The translations under genes were made by a program, and so were the position numbers. DNA of 63,743 nucleotides, the filler included, from Diploschistes diacapsis (lineage: Eukaryota): the NCBI GenBank assembly GCA_023645945.1. It is 15 parts of 15 records of this genome, joined end to end, with 100 filler letters (N's around TTAATTAATTAA, not from the genome) between each part and the next. Parts side by side here need not be neighbours in the genome. Positions count along the whole stretch, not along the records: positions 34,288 to 55,909 come from JALAIB010000304.1; 14 more parts are not named here. One strand, given 5' to 3'. The notes below the pieces were generated by a model. It was not told the DNA's origin and searched no databases. It saw only the letters and a program-made list of their open reading frames with translations. Positions 37,684-51,300 of the stretch are shown in pieces. How positions within the stretch are numbered: the first letter of the stretch is position 1; every line of letters starts with the position of its first letter.

Positions 37684-40215
37684 CTATATAAACATCGCCA
37701 TCGACGAGTTACCTATAGACGATAGACTCGGCGGCAAGTCTCCAGCTCCTTGTCCCCAAGTGCTCTCAGTGCTTCCGAGGGTCAACTCAAGCGTGTCGCC
37801 ATTGAGGAAGAAGCTGTGGGTAAGATAGTTCTTGGTATAGCTCTGACCGTTTAAGGTAGCACTTTGAATGTATATGTTCTGATATGACCCGTCGAAGTTA
37901 AGGTTTCGAATAGTCGCCGTGTTGCCTGTCTGACCGTTCTTGATCGAGACGGATGGAAAGAAGGGTGGTGTGATATAGTAAACGTTCTGACCAGGGTTGG
38001 GGAATGTACCCATCATGGACAGAGCCACAAATGAGCCCATTGCGCCGCTGTCGTCGTTGCCGGCGATACCGGCGGTCGTAGTGTTGAATTGGCTTGGGAT
38101 GTAATAGTGAACACGCTCAGCGCTTTTTGCAGGACGACCAGCATGATGGTACTGGAAGACAGGCAGGAAGGCTTGCTCATCCCCAATATATAGAAGCCCA
38201 GACTCGTGAAGATAGTCCAACCTCTTGACAAAGGTATCAGCACCCCCAAGCGTTGAAATCAACCCAGCCATATCCTGTGGGACGAAGAAAGAGTACAGCC
38301 AAGCGCTACCCTCGTAAGTTTCGTGCCCATCGGGGTTGAGGTAACAGGAAGTGAAGTTAAGCAGGGGTGAGCAGAAGGCAGGATCTTGGAAACCCCACGT
38401 TCCATTCAAGAATTTGGGCTGGAAGAACCCCGTAAAGCCAGTATCTGTACCGTTGAGAGTCGAAGTCTGATCAGCCTTGAACAGGTTCTGCCAATAACCA
38501 CTTCGGCCCAAGTACTTTTGATAGTCGTCCATGTGTCCAAGCCCCTTCGCCATTTGAGCAACGCAGAAATCATCGTATGCATATTCGACCGTCCGTGAGA
38601 TACTCCTAGTGTGCGGGCCGACCCCAAGCACGTCTAGATCCTCTGCTGGAATGTAGTGTAGGTTATGCCATGACATTTGGCCACCCCTCCCTTCAACGCT
38701 CCAATTCGGTGGCTCGATCTCGGCATCAGAGACAAGCCCTTCATAAGCAGTCGCCCAATCCACACCATCGCTGATGTTCTTGAGATACGAGTCCGTTAGA
38801 ACAATATCAGCATTGGATCCACCCTGGGTGAAGCCTTTGCACAAGGACATGCGACAGTCCGGGAGTTTCCCTTCATGTCGATAAATATCGATTAACGCTC
38901 GCACCATTCGTGTTTGCGACACAGGGTCAACAATGGTGATAAGCTGATGAATAGCCCTAAAAGAATCCCAAATGCAGTAGAATGAATCATAGTACGGTTC
39001 GCTGCTCTGCCACAAGGGGTTTTCGCCGGTGTAGTCTTGAGGAGAAATCATCGCCCTGTACACACCTGAATAGAATATCTCGAGGAACGAGCTTTTGACG
39101 CCGGCCTGGTCGGCACTGACCACTCCAAGTTTCTCGTGCCAGACGTTCTCCGCTGCACTCAGTGTCTGATGGAAGTCAAAGGCCGGAATTTCGCTCTGCG
39201 CGTTGCTACAAGCTTGGTCCGAGCTGATGAAGCTCATACCTACTCGCGCTAGAAGCTGGTTGTTTTGCGGTGCTTGAAACCTCACGAATCCGCCCGCCGG
39301 AAGAACAGTGTCCACTCCGTCGTTGACGACTGTCACATTTTGAGTGGCGTTTGTAGCACGGACGTCTACCCAGACACCAGTATCTTGTATCGTGCCTCCT
39401 GACCAGTCGGCACAAAAGTGAGCTACGTAAGATCCAAGTCCGAAACTGGGCTGGAAGGTGCCGTTCCCCGTCATCCTCCCTGTCTTGCTGTCGACGTTTA
39501 TACTCCCGTTAATCCTTGAAAGAGGCAAATCCGTGAGTTCCAGAAGAATAACCGGATTGAGGGGAATAGGGGCTGCAGGCGCAGAAGCATTTGTGCTGTC
39601 TGTGCTGTTGTACGGATTCGTGGGATTGCTTGGAAATGTGAATCTGTACAGAGCAGTGTGGTTTGTGACGGTCATCTCAGCTGTAATATTAGAAGCTAAG
39701 TTGAGGCTGAAGTAGCCAGGTCGGGCAATGACCGAGTCGCCCCTCCCAACGGCTCTATCAGCCTGAGAGAACTTGCAGTTATCGATGTCGCCATCGGCGC
39801 AGCCGGCCTGAGGGAAGATTGGGAACAGCCCCAGAGATGGTGAGCCTCCCGTACCAGAGTCATGCATGTGGGAAAAGCCAGTGATGTCGCTACCGTCCGA
39901 GGCAAAGCCACCTTGGTCGTCACCATTGCAGTCTGCTACAGCTTTGGCCATGCCTGTTCGTGGTCAACAATGCACCATCTCCGGTACATTCCAAGCCTAC
40001 CAAAGGGAAGTGTTGCGCCTGGAAATACATGGCCTACAGTTCATCAGCAATGTACAAGACAATTCTTGGGCAAGCGTACCTCCATTGGCAGTACCAATCA
40101 AAGGGTTGACAAAGTTATAGCCGTTAGTAGTGGCATTAGACGTGGCATTCTGTGCCAGTGACAGCGTAGCAACTCTGAGCCAAACCAGCAACACTAGGGA
40201 CCTTCTAAGCTCCAT
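37684..40215 (-). CDS. Secreted glycoside hydrolase family 92 (alpha-1,2-mannosidase-like)
   Basis: Signal peptide MELRRSLVLLVWLRVATLSLA; motifs VNPLIGT, GFSHMHDSGTGG, TQGGSNAD, SRTVEYAYDDF, YEGSAW and GNDDSGAM. Two short 5' introns between ~39954 and ~40078. Confidence 0.93.
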
Positions 40216-41615
40216 AACGATAAGGCCTTTGACATGGAAAAGCACAGAAAGCAGCAATCCCAGCGACACGCGAAAGCGCCCCTACTGAAGGCAGTGATCC
40301 CAGCTCCAGTGTGGGTGGCAAGACAACGCTCCCCTCCGCAAGTTGAGGGGAGCTCCTTCCCCTTTTATGGATGACATGGTAGGAAGCCCTGCAGCAGACA
40401 AAGCTGCAACCTCTAATCCCCGCAGACCTAGGATATGCAGCGAGATTTCGTTGATCGGCCTTGCAGACGGAGAATGCTTCATCGAGGTTAAAGCTGGGCG
40501 CGCATGATTCAGCTGTACCATATTCCCCGCGGGGTGACCCTTCCCCGCCCATGCTAGGTTAATCGGCTAGCGGGGCTGCTAAAGTCATTCAGGCTTTGGC
40601 CTCAAGAAACTTAGGCTCTGCAACAAATGCCGTAGATTTGGGGAGCGTAGATTTCAATTCCGTAGGTTTTGCTGCTTCCAAAGCAGGCGTAGATGTCGGT
40701 GTTGTGGAGTTAGATAGCTGAAGTCAAAGTATAGTCGGAGTCGGGTCCGGGGAAAGGAAGCATCAAATCAGGGTTATCTACTGAAAAGAACGAAAAAACA
40801 GATATTATAAATTACACTGTAAATGGGATAGTTGTGATGAGTTATTACCGCTACCGTTTTATACGAAAACAAAAGTTCCCGTCGCATACGTAATTGAATC
40901 ATATTTTTACGTCGTATGGCCACGCAGCATATTAGGCTTCTTAGAAGGATACTGGTTAGTGAACCACTCGTACGCCCATAACAGGTTGGCCGTTAAGTAC
41001 CTCCAACCTAGATATTGCTCGTAATTTATAATAAAATCCGTCTAGATCTACGACGCCCGTTTGTAGAGCCTTAGCTCAACTCCTCAAACAATCTTGATTC
41101 TCTATATACAAGAGCATGTACAGACACCCAATTCGTTGAAATCAGTTGCCGCCACTGTTGCCAAGTCGAATGCTATGTCAGCTGCATTGCCTTTTCTGCC
41201 TGGGGGAAACATGTGCTTCTACTAGCGAAGAAGTATTCAGGACGAACAAGCTTAGGATCGAGTACAAGACATTTATTTCAGCATACTTTGACCGTTGCTT
41301 TCATTATACGATATCGCTATCTCTCATCTATATCGCGTCTTCCTAACTTATCTCTCCTCCTGTACGCCCCTGGCGTTCAGCTAACTGGAGTGTTCCCGAT
41401 GGTCATTCCCCTAATCATCCAGGTCCGATGCATTCAAATAGCTGTTCATAAGAAGAACGAACCTCAAAGAAACCCAAACTCCCCTGAGTCTCTTACACCG
41501 TCAGACAGAAACATCTCTGCGTCAGCCTCGCTCCGCCCGCGAAAGTCATGCAAACACCGACTACGCTCAGCAACCCATTCCCTTCGAGCCCGTGTCTACC
41601 AAATTCGCTCCGCTC

Positions 41616-41880
41616 TTAAAATTTCGATTTCGGAATGGTCGGCGCCCCCCTCTTAAAGGCCACATCCCAGAAGGTGACCGTGCGAGGCTTGCTGGATACT
41701 ACTAGGAAGTCAGTGCCAGTCCATATCGAAAGCTGAGGAAGGCATCGTACCGTTTCCGGACTTGCCCTGTGCGCTAACAGAGTTCCGTGGGCTCGGCCTT
41801 GCGCTCTCCATCGAATTTTTGTAGTCGTCGAAAGAAGGGTAGCGGAGCTCGGTTGCCCAGTTGTTGATAGGCCAGGCCAT
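41616..41880 (-). CDS. Possible small two-exon hypothetical protein (~70 aa)
   Basis: MAWPINNWATELRYPSFDDY... joined through a plausible intron (GTACGA...CTGAC..TAG, ~41702-41750) to VVSSKPRTVTFWDVAFKRG. No recognised homology. Confidence 0.3.
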
Positions 41881-42787
41881 TGTGCTGTGCTTGGAGATGA
41901 TGTTTTGAAGGGCAAATCGGATTTTGTGATTAGAGGGAGTTTGATAATAGTTCGATGTCTTGGTGATTGAGAAGGCTTGATGCTTGCTGCTCGTAGAAGT
42001 CTGATGGGACCTTGAAGCTGGAGGACGCATCCTCTTTATACTGCTTCACATACATGGTCCTCGTCAATACTATATGCGGCGTTCAGTTTGCCAACTCCGG
42101 ATTTCAAGTAGTACTATATGTGGCGGCTATTCCGACTCACTCAATTGAAAGGCGAACTAGTACCACTCACGGCATTCAACGGCGTTGAGCACTGGACAAA
42201 GCACATGTCAACACCACGTACGATTATCCCTAATTGAGTAAAAAGACGTATGGAAGCCGTCAGCTACGTGTTTCCACTGGCTGAACGGTTCTCGAGTCCT
42301 GAACAAAGAGAAAATGTCTTCATTCCGTGGGTGTGTTACGTCGAACTCCGGAGGAGGTGTGTGCGCGACTACGAATTCCGTGGTGGTTGAATTTGGACCT
42401 TTCCAAGCTTTTTTTCCGCGTGATCACCGCTGGCCTGCGGACTTCGTTTACTCCGACACAGATACTACTCCTGAATTCGACCATTTCCAAGGCTTTTGAC
42501 AAGAGTAGTTCAGCTATTGGTCGATTTGTGAAACCTCGAATCCCGAAGGCTAGTATTACAAAGCGAGTAATAAGTGCAAATATCTATGAACAAAGAGGAC
42601 CAGCCGGACTAGATGAATCACACTTCTTCAAATTCCCGGACGAACCAGTGTCCAAAGGAGCAGAAAATCAGACTAAACCGTGAGCCGCAAACCGCACACC
42701 ACGTCCGTCATCCCAAGCCTTGCCATTGCAAGCACCCATGCATCATTTCCGGCTCCTTGCGATGCCTTTTTCCCACCCTTGAATAGG

Positions 42788-43163
42788 TCAAGAAGTAACA
42801 ACCTCCACGACACCTCCACTGCCTAATTCAAACTGCCCTCCTGTGCGGCCATTTGGGAGACATTGCTGCTGATGTGGTCCGCGTAACTCGCGACCTGGGC
42901 ACAAATCAAGCCGCTAGACCCGCCGCAGATGGAGATGGCGGCGTTATTGTGTGACACTAGAGTAGTGCAGTCACTGCCAGAATCATTGGTACTTGGGAAA
43001 TTGCCGCCTTGGCCGTTAAGCTGGTTGATGACATCGGTCACATCCCTGTCGGCGGACTAGCGTCTGAAGTCTGACAAAGGACGTTGCTCTGGCGCTTGTT
43101 CAAGGTCACTGGTGCTGCCAGGGCAAGAGTAGCGGCGATGAGGGTCGGGATCGTCGAGAACAT
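42788..43163 (-). pseudogene. Frameshifted small secreted Cys-rich protein (Ecp2/Hce2-effector-like)
   Basis: Signal peptide MFSTIPTLIAATLALAAP, Kex2-like KR, CQTSDASP, DCTTLVS..AAISIC and LICAQVA. Two single-base frameshifts (~43045 and ~42870) are needed to reach CLPNGRTGGQFELGSGGVVEVVTS*. Confidence 0.7.
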
Positions 43164-44124
43164 CTTCGAAGCGGTTAGATAGACAGGTAAGAGACGAAGG
43201 GAAGGAAAGCTTGTACGATGAGCAGATGATGACTTTTGGATAGACTTCGGTAGGCTGAAGTGTCGATGCTGGCCCAGTCGTCTCGGGTTTGGTAGCTGGC
43301 TGTTGAACCCAAGACCTGATGAAGAGGATTGGGGAGTACTTCTACTCCTTTGCTCCCTTGGGCATGGCATTTTTTTCGTGTTGCTCAATAGTTAGGAATT
43401 CAACCTTTTCAGATGGCATTCATCTCCAATCCTTCACAAGCTCGCTCGCAGTCACGCAGATGTAGGAGGGCCATGCAAGAGCGTCATGAAATTGTCCGAG
43501 ATAGTTGAATCGCCTCGCTATTGGTGATGAGCAGCAGAGATAGGCCTGACGAGCTTAGTCTCGCCTTTGAACGTAGCTAAACACCATACGAAACAGGGCC
43601 AGGTTGCTTGTCGCCACACGTGACAGAAAACTGTAAAGTGGCGAATATCACAACGAAAGGCTCAACCTCGCCCAGGCCTTGCAAGTTCATTGAGATCATG
43701 CACAATCGCCAATAGAATGACCACGGACAGCCACACAATAGCCGCACGTTTCAAGCGCCCATCCTCTTAGGAATAAAGACGTGCTGAAAACGGTAGGCTG
43801 TCGCAGCTTATTTAGCATTAAAAAGCACACCGGTCAACAAGCGGTTGTACCAAGTAGGTGTCTGGCAACCCCAAGCTGAACCTACGCAGTGAGCAGTCCC
43901 GTACAAAAAGATACCATTGAGCACTACCCCGGAACACAAGTCAGGTATGATATCAAATGCTTCATGGAACAGAGCTATGAAGATACCTGCATATCAGGAT
44001 GGAGAATCGTCGATAGTGCATCGAAGCTTGTACTCCGATCCTGATCCGGATTCTACAAACGAAAATCGGCAGGCTACTCCGAATCCTGCTAAACCCTTTT
44101 CACGCTGGGGGGCGGTGTCACCAC

Positions 44125-44140
44125 CGGAGTGACTACTCCG
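44125..44140. promoter_or_regulatory. Candidate Zn2Cys6 binding site CGG-N10-CCG
   Basis: Palindrome CGGAGT-gact-ACTCCG. Additional TACTCCGA copies at 44031 and 44075, about 200-300 bp upstream of the regulator gene. Confidence 0.4.
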
Positions 44141-44338
44141 ATATGGAATTTTTCCGAGTCGAACTCCGCATATACAAAACCATAGTTTTCCAAGATACAA
44201 GATACGACGTGAAGAAAATTTTAACTAAAGAAGATGCGTTTTGTACGACTTTGGTGTCTTTAGCGTCCCATACCAGTGGGAGTGACTCCATTTCCGTATT
44301 CCGGGAGCAGGGCAGTCACTTATCCGCTACCTTATGCA

Positions 44339-46790
44339 ATGGTAACCCCTGGAGTTGTTCCATCTCCTTCAGCTGCGCCAGCTGCGCCAGCTCCTGCATC
44401 TGCTTTGCCACGACGGAGGAATGGCAAACCCCAAAGCTGCGAGCCTTGTCGTCTAGCCAAAACAGCTTGTGATCATACGTTTCCGAAATGCAATCGCTGC
44501 GTCCGCAGAGGTATTGACGCTCGCTGCACTTACCACCCTTCCCCGATGACCAAGGCCCAAGGGTCACCAAAGGTCATCCAGCACACAGAACCATGGAAAA
44601 AACACTGTCAATTAGCCCGTACAGCAACCCCAAACATACTATCTTTGCTGGCACAACAGCGCTCTCCAGTGGCAACCCCACAAGGGATATCTAACGCTCG
44701 CGGTGAGCGGGACACGGAAGCGCAGTATCTGGGCTCGACCAGTTACTCGGCAGTCTTCCAGGAAAATAAGGAGAGTATAGGATCGGAGGTGTGGAACGGT
44801 CCCTCGTCGATCGATCTTTCATGTGTCAAAGGCCAGGACTCAGATAGCCACAGGTTAAGGCTAGCTTTAAGCGCTCTCCGAGCTATTCCAGATCAAGATG
44901 TCTGCGAATTATTACTGGACAGTGATTTCGAAGTCCATGCTAGTCCACTGCATGAGCCAGCGACGAGATATTGCCTTCAATCGCTTTGGGACACATATGG
45001 TGATGCCCTAAGGGATCGAGACGATGATGGTAGAATCCGACAGATGGCACAGGAGATCTTGCGAAACACGGATACACCTGTCTCGCCTCAGCCTACATCC
45101 GCCGAGTGGCTCGAGTCTCATACGGGTAAGAATCTTCGCTTTGAGATGGTTGGAACCCTTCTTGCTCTTTTCGCTCTTGCTTTACCAGTCCTGCCGGACC
45201 AGCATCCGGTATACAGAGCACAGGACCTTTCTCCATTTGAATATACGTATAAGCTAGGAAAAGCAGCAGAAAACTGCCAAATGGTTTGTTTTGATATGTC
45301 GATTGTGAACGAATTCTCTTTGTACCTTAATTACCATTTGCAAGTAACGCAAGGCATCGTGCGCGGAGAAGATAGTGAGTGTTGGCCCCAGTTTCTGATG
45401 CTGAATACCAAGCTAAGTCAACGAAGGTGGATTCTTTTGGCGAAAGTCCGGCCATACCGCAACTACAATCACTGCACTTGGACTCCACCGAGAGAGTACA
45501 ATTACCAAGTCTGCTCCATTCATGGTCGCGGAGATAAGAAAACGGATGTTCATGGCGTCTTTCATCGTCGACAAGCAACTCGCAACCCTTTTTGGCCGAC
45601 CTCCAAGATTGAGTCGAAGATACTCGAATTGCTCGCTTGCATTGGACTTGGACGACCAGGAAATCATGCTCCAAGGAGATGACCTATCTGACAAAATCTC
45701 CAAACTCGATTCCAAAGGCTGGAAAACCGAAGGTAAAGTCACCTTGGTTGGATGCATGCGTGCCACAATGATTGCGTCTCTCATTCGAGATGAGGTCTTG
45801 GAATTGTGTCTTGGTCCTGAATCCGGCTGCACGGCTCAGCGACGAGAGTAAGTGCCGTCTCATAGATAAGGAGCTAGGTATCAATGTTTTGTTGAGTGAT
45901 CGTGCGGTTGTTAACCACAGCCAAGTCCAGATGTGGCTTAAAAGCTGGAGTACTCTTATGTGTATTTGCCTCTCAGGCTCCAATTATGTGAATACCCTGT
46001 CGTTTATTGAATTCCATGTGTATCTCGTTGTTGACTGGATTAATCGGGAGTCTACACCAGCTAACCTGTTTTCAGAGAAGTTAAACTTAAATCAACCGAA
46101 GCCTTCGCCTCCCTTCCCTCACAATTTCAATACTCCCCGGCCCCAGAGCTCCCAGAGCTGACAACCGTCGAACTCAGTAGCATCATAACCCTCAAACTTG
46201 AGTTCCTATTAAACACCTACCTCCTCGATCGCCTCCCTACCGAAGACGCTCAGCAGAACAAGCAGTCCCTCATCACCACCGCCATCGAAATCCTCAGCAT
46301 CATCATCCCCTTCTTCGGCCGCGGTGATGTGGCGGGCGGTTTCTTTGTCAGCTCTTCTCGTCTCCACATGTACTTTGGTATCCCTGCCGCAGGGGTCCTG
46401 GCCGTGGAGCTACTCAAACAACACCAGTATCCGAAGCGCTATTCCCTCGTTCTGCCCAGGTCGCAAGTGATACGAGACCTTAGCGTCTTCAACCACTATC
46501 TGGATATGGTGACGCCGTACAACGGCAACTACGTGGTGTGCTCGCGCATACACAAAGTCATCGAAAAGGTGCTGGAACAGGTCCTAGATCCCTCCGCTGT
46601 CCCGACAATGGTACTAGATAGGGATGGGGATGGGGACACGGTAGCTGAGCCGGACGAGCTTCCGGACGACTTTGGCGACTTGCCAGAGCCGGACATGCCG
46701 GCTGTTGTGGGACCGATTGGGGATATGGAGTTTATGGAGTGGATGAATGCCGTGGATTGGACAAAGGGGCCTTGGACAGAGACCATCTGA
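44339..46790 (+). CDS. Zn(II)2Cys6 transcription factor with Fungal_trans middle homology region
   Basis: RRNGKPQSCEPCRLAKTACDH..PKCNRCVRRGIDARC; ALGLHRE and EIRKRMF...DKQLATLFGRPP; YFGIPAAGVLAVELL. Introns at ~45375-45427 and 45848-46075. Start codon uncertain. Confidence 0.88.
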
Positions 46791-47156
46791 GCCGTGTGGG
46801 TTGCTGCGGCTTGAGAGAAAAGGCCCACTGGCGCGAATTTCCTGCACTGATCGATGGTGGTGACCAACGTATTGATACCCACTAATTTCGGACATGTTGA
46901 GCGGCACGGGTGATTTAGGATGCAGAAGAAGTAACATTCTCATATGGCTTGAAAGGGAGTCCCTGATGTACAAACATGTAGTGAAATGGAACCCGCAAGC
47001 GCGCTCCTTTAGGCATAAGAGGCACTGTCCTCTAAACTCCCGCTATTATGCTTTCGTACACAATAAAGAGAAATGGAAACCCTTCAACGTGACCCAATGC
47101 TTGTTGAATCATAACTCTCGCTCCGTAACGGCGGCGCAAAGCTACTAGCTGAGAAT

Positions 47157-47923
47157 CTAAAACATCGAACCCTCAGGTGGCTGCGGAAGTTTCTTGTGCT
47201 GCGGTAGAGCCATGTACCTGTCTCTCAATAAGCTGCTGCACCCTTGAAAATAGACCGTGACCCCTTTCGTCCAATCTCAAGACCCATAGTAAATGGTCTG
47301 AACAGGTAGGTCTGCTCCATCCAAAAAAAGAAGGACAGTGTCACTCACCTCCTCAACTCAATCAAAATAGTCTCCATAGTGTAATCCCTCTTCCACTGCG
47401 CTAGGCACGGCAGGCGCGCGGCATCAACCTTCCCCGTCCTTTGGTCCACGCACGGCAGGTTGACTCGGGAGCTGAACTGCACCGTCGGCGGCGAGTCCGG
47501 GTAGGCGTCGCCGCAGTGGATGTTGACGCTGTAGATGCGGTTCTCGTGGACGGACTGTGGCCCTCGCCCGGGGGAGAGGGGGCTTATGTTAGTTTATCCT
47601 TCTGTGGCCCTAGACGTTGTTGCGTGGGGTAGAGGGTATATGGGCTTATATTGACGCACGTGAGGCGGCCCAAGAATCGTGCCGTTCCAGTTGGACATCA
47701 TGAGGTCATCGCCGTCTGTGAGGCCGTAGGAGCAGGCTTCTGTTTTCGCGCATTAGTGTGGTACCGGAGAGATCGCTGGATGCAAGCCCCGGTAGCTGAG
47801 CGATGCTTAGGTATAAGGATGGAGAATGGGGAGGAGGGGGTGGGTGATACCTGCTCCGAGGCCTTTCTCGCCCTTTTCAAGCTCCTCTAGGAGGCGGAAG
47901 TTGCGGGGGATCTTGGCGGACAT
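47157..47923 (-). CDS. MMS2: Ubiquitin-conjugating enzyme variant Mms2/Uev1
   Basis: Spliced product MSAKIPRNFRLLEELEKGEKG...CSYGL...WNGTILGPPHSVHENRIYS...KKLPQPPEGSMF. Three introns. Confidence 0.95.
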
Positions 47924-48348
47924 GGCGCTTGGGGTGGAATAAAGGTGAATTGGTGCCAAGGCAAGTATTGGGGAGATAGTCAGGATCGACAATGGAAGGA
48001 GTAGAGATGGAAGTGATTCCCACCTACGCAGTCACGCAGTTAAGGAATAGAGCTACAGGATGGAGGGGTAGTATAGGTTTGGTGGGGTAATTTTGTCTTT
48101 CCTGCTTTTAATTGCCTAAGCTCCCCGGGTCAGCTTCTGTTCTTCAAGTTGTAGTTTAGAGACCACTAAGACGTACACTCCTACCACCTATGAGAAATAC
48201 ATTACCGGTAAGGCAACAATCATCCAGCCTTGTTAGGTCTGACATGTCGCAGCATCTTATTTGTTGGAATCAGATAGCCCCAGATGTATCGTCTCTGGCT
48301 CGACGAACATGAGGTCCTTCAATTGTTATCTTAAGAGTCCAAATCAAA

Positions 48349-51300
48349 ATGACAGCTCAGATACTTGTATCGGAGCTGTCTACGCTTATTCAAGACACAA
48401 AGAGGAAAAATACAGAGATTCGTAATGTGAGTGGCTCAGGAGAAGCATAACAAATGACAACGCTAACATGAACAGGCTGCGGAGAAGTCATTAAGTGATT
48501 TGAAAGCTTTGCCCAATACTTCGGAGGCTCAACTTGGAGCTGGTGACTGGCTCGACATCATGGTTAAGCGCGTGCTGACTCTTCTAGAGATCTTAGAAGA
48601 CGACCAAACTTTGTGCGGCCTTTTCTCCTCTCTTGTGCCTCCAAGAATGTCAAGTTTGTAGGCACATCCATCGTGTGTCTGCAACGCCTGGTGTTCTCCC
48701 GAGGTCTTGCTCCTGAGACCCTGAAGGACAGCATAGATGTTCTTCGGGAATGTACCGGTCTTGCTCAAGATATTCAACTGAAAATTCTTCAGGTTCTACC
48801 CTCACTTCAGCAGAATTATGCAGAATACCTTACAAAGGATCTCTTAGCTACAACCTTGCACATCTGTTTCATCTTGCTAGCGAGCAAGACTGCAGTGATT
48901 TCGAACACTGCTGCGGCTACTCTACAGCAGCTCGTTCCAGCTGTGGTTGGTAAGGTCTCTAGAGAAGATGAATCTGCTAAGGACCGGGATTTTGTCGCCG
49001 AAGTCCCCATCGTGGATGGATCCATATCGGTCATGTCTGCGGCTCTTGACGCCTATCGTTTATTAGACGACATTTGCCTACTTGCAGAAGGCGATCGACC
49101 ATCGTTCTTGCACCCCACATCTATGCCACCAAATTTCGGTCTTGAGCTAATTGAGTCAATTCTCTCCAATCATGCTGCTACAGTGACATCGCACCCGGAA
49201 CTCATCCACATCCTACGTGTCCGCCTCATGCCATTTGTGATTCGAGTTTTGTCTGAACAGAAGGCTTTCTCGACTACTGTTCGCGCCATGCGTCTTCTAC
49301 CAATCATGTTTAACAACATGTTGAGTGCTTTGCCTTCGGAGTGCGAAATGGTTTTGAGCTTATTGAACCATATGCTCGACCCGAATGCTTCACCGATGTG
49401 GAAGCGCGTTCTGTGCTTGGAGGTTTTCCGCGGTGTCCATAACGAACCTTCGCTGGTACGAAGTATGTACGCGCATTTCGACGAACAAGACGGTAAGCGA
49501 ACCGTAATCAAAGACCATCTTGACATCGTCGTTCGTCTGGCGTCCGAAAAGCCTGCGGTGATTGGCTTAGGTGCCCAATCAACGATTCCAGCTTCTGCGG
49601 GACAGACGGAAGATGAGCTAGACGAAATGGCCGCTTTGCAAGCTGAAGGGATAGGTGGATCCATCGGTGTAGCTGTCACATTAAGAGCCTCGACTGCGCC
49701 CGGTATCAGTGCTCGATTAAGCACGATGAGAGTACCATGCTTGGATCAACTGGATAAAGGCGACCCTCCACAGATACCTCCAGCGTACCTATATACGCTT
49801 GCTCTTACTTGCATAAACAGCTTCTCGGAGGGCTTAGCGAGGTTTTTGTTACCGTTTACTGTACTCACTGACTCGAGGGGTAAAAGAAAAGCCAAACCTA
49901 AAGAAAGCGATGATTCGAAACCTGCTTCTGGTGATGAACGGCAGGAGGAAGAGCAGCTCAAACTTGCGCGAAGCCAGTCCAACTCTACTTCGAGACTGCC
50001 AATCAACCCGCTGTTCCTTGAAAACAACCCGCAATATCATCAGATCAAAACCTCCTCCAACATGATTGAAGCATGTTGGCCGGCGCTTCTTGCGGCTTAT
50101 TCTACTTTTTTTCGTGCTGCCCTGGATTCTGAATACTATCACGCGCTAGTCCGGTCATTTCAGAAATTCACACAAACATCAGGCCTACTGAGGCTTTCGA
50201 CTCCTAGAGACGCCTTTCTAACTGCATTGGGTAAGAACGCTGTGCCCTCCTCAGTCGTTTCCATACCAGCCGCTAGCCAGCATCAGTCCGTCTCAGCTAG
50301 CCACGATTCGAGGAAAGGGTCAAAAACCCCCCAGCCAAACACTCCAGCTCCAGATTCAGCACGCAGGTCGTCTGCGGACATTGGTGTGGCTAGTCTAAAT
50401 ACCCGCAACTTGCTTTGTTTGAGGGCTCTTCTTAATCTAGGTATTGCGCTTGGTCCAGTGCTACAGGCGGCTTGGTCCATAATTCTAGAAACTCTTCAGC
50501 AAGCAGATTTGGTTATCAATCATCTTTCAGCCCAGCGTCGCCAGACACGCAGCGGGCAGGCCACACCAACGTCTTCAAGTGAAACGGACGTCTTTGGTGA
50601 TATTGGTAATGAGATCGCAGCTGTGAGGATAGCGGCAACACGAATGTTAGAGAGCAGTTCTGATTTGCCGGATGAAGCATTTCTTGATATCATTGCAAGT
50701 ATGAGCGGACTGCTCAGGAACTTGACCGATTCAGAGAGCGCCGCGGATGCTAAGCTTGCAGAGACGAAGCCAGCGCTCAGTGCGACGTCCATCTTAGGAA
50801 GCGCATCAGACCCGCGAGCGAATCTTTTTGTTGTGGAGAATTTAGGAAAAGTCATTGAATTCAATCTTTCACGGTTCTTGGGTCGCTCGACACAGGCTAA
50901 CGGCTGGCATATATTCGTTAACTCCTTTCTTTGCATTGTCTCTGCCCAACACTTTGACGCAGAATTGCGGACTCGTGCGGCGAAAGGCTTATGTGATCTT
51001 GTTGGTATCACGTCGTCTTCAGACATTGTGAAAGACACGAAAGATGATATGAGAGTCGAGGGATTAGTAGCCATAGCCCGACAAATTGACAGTCTGAACC
51101 GCAAAAGGAGTAAGAATAAATCGTCGAGAAGCTGCGAGCTCGATATCCATTATATGTCACTAGAGACACTCAGATCATTATTAGAGCAGTTTGGTGATTC
51201 CCTGGCTTCGGGATGGTTCGATGTATTCACGATTGTTACTAGCGTCTTCGAGGAGTCTCTCCCGCCTAAAGATGGAAACGAACACGATATGAAGGAAAAG

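Noticed and set aside
40860..40990. Faint resemblance to 5S rRNA (aaaac...ttcccgtc)
   Set aside because: The match is too short and the remaining 5S helices and C box are not recognisable.
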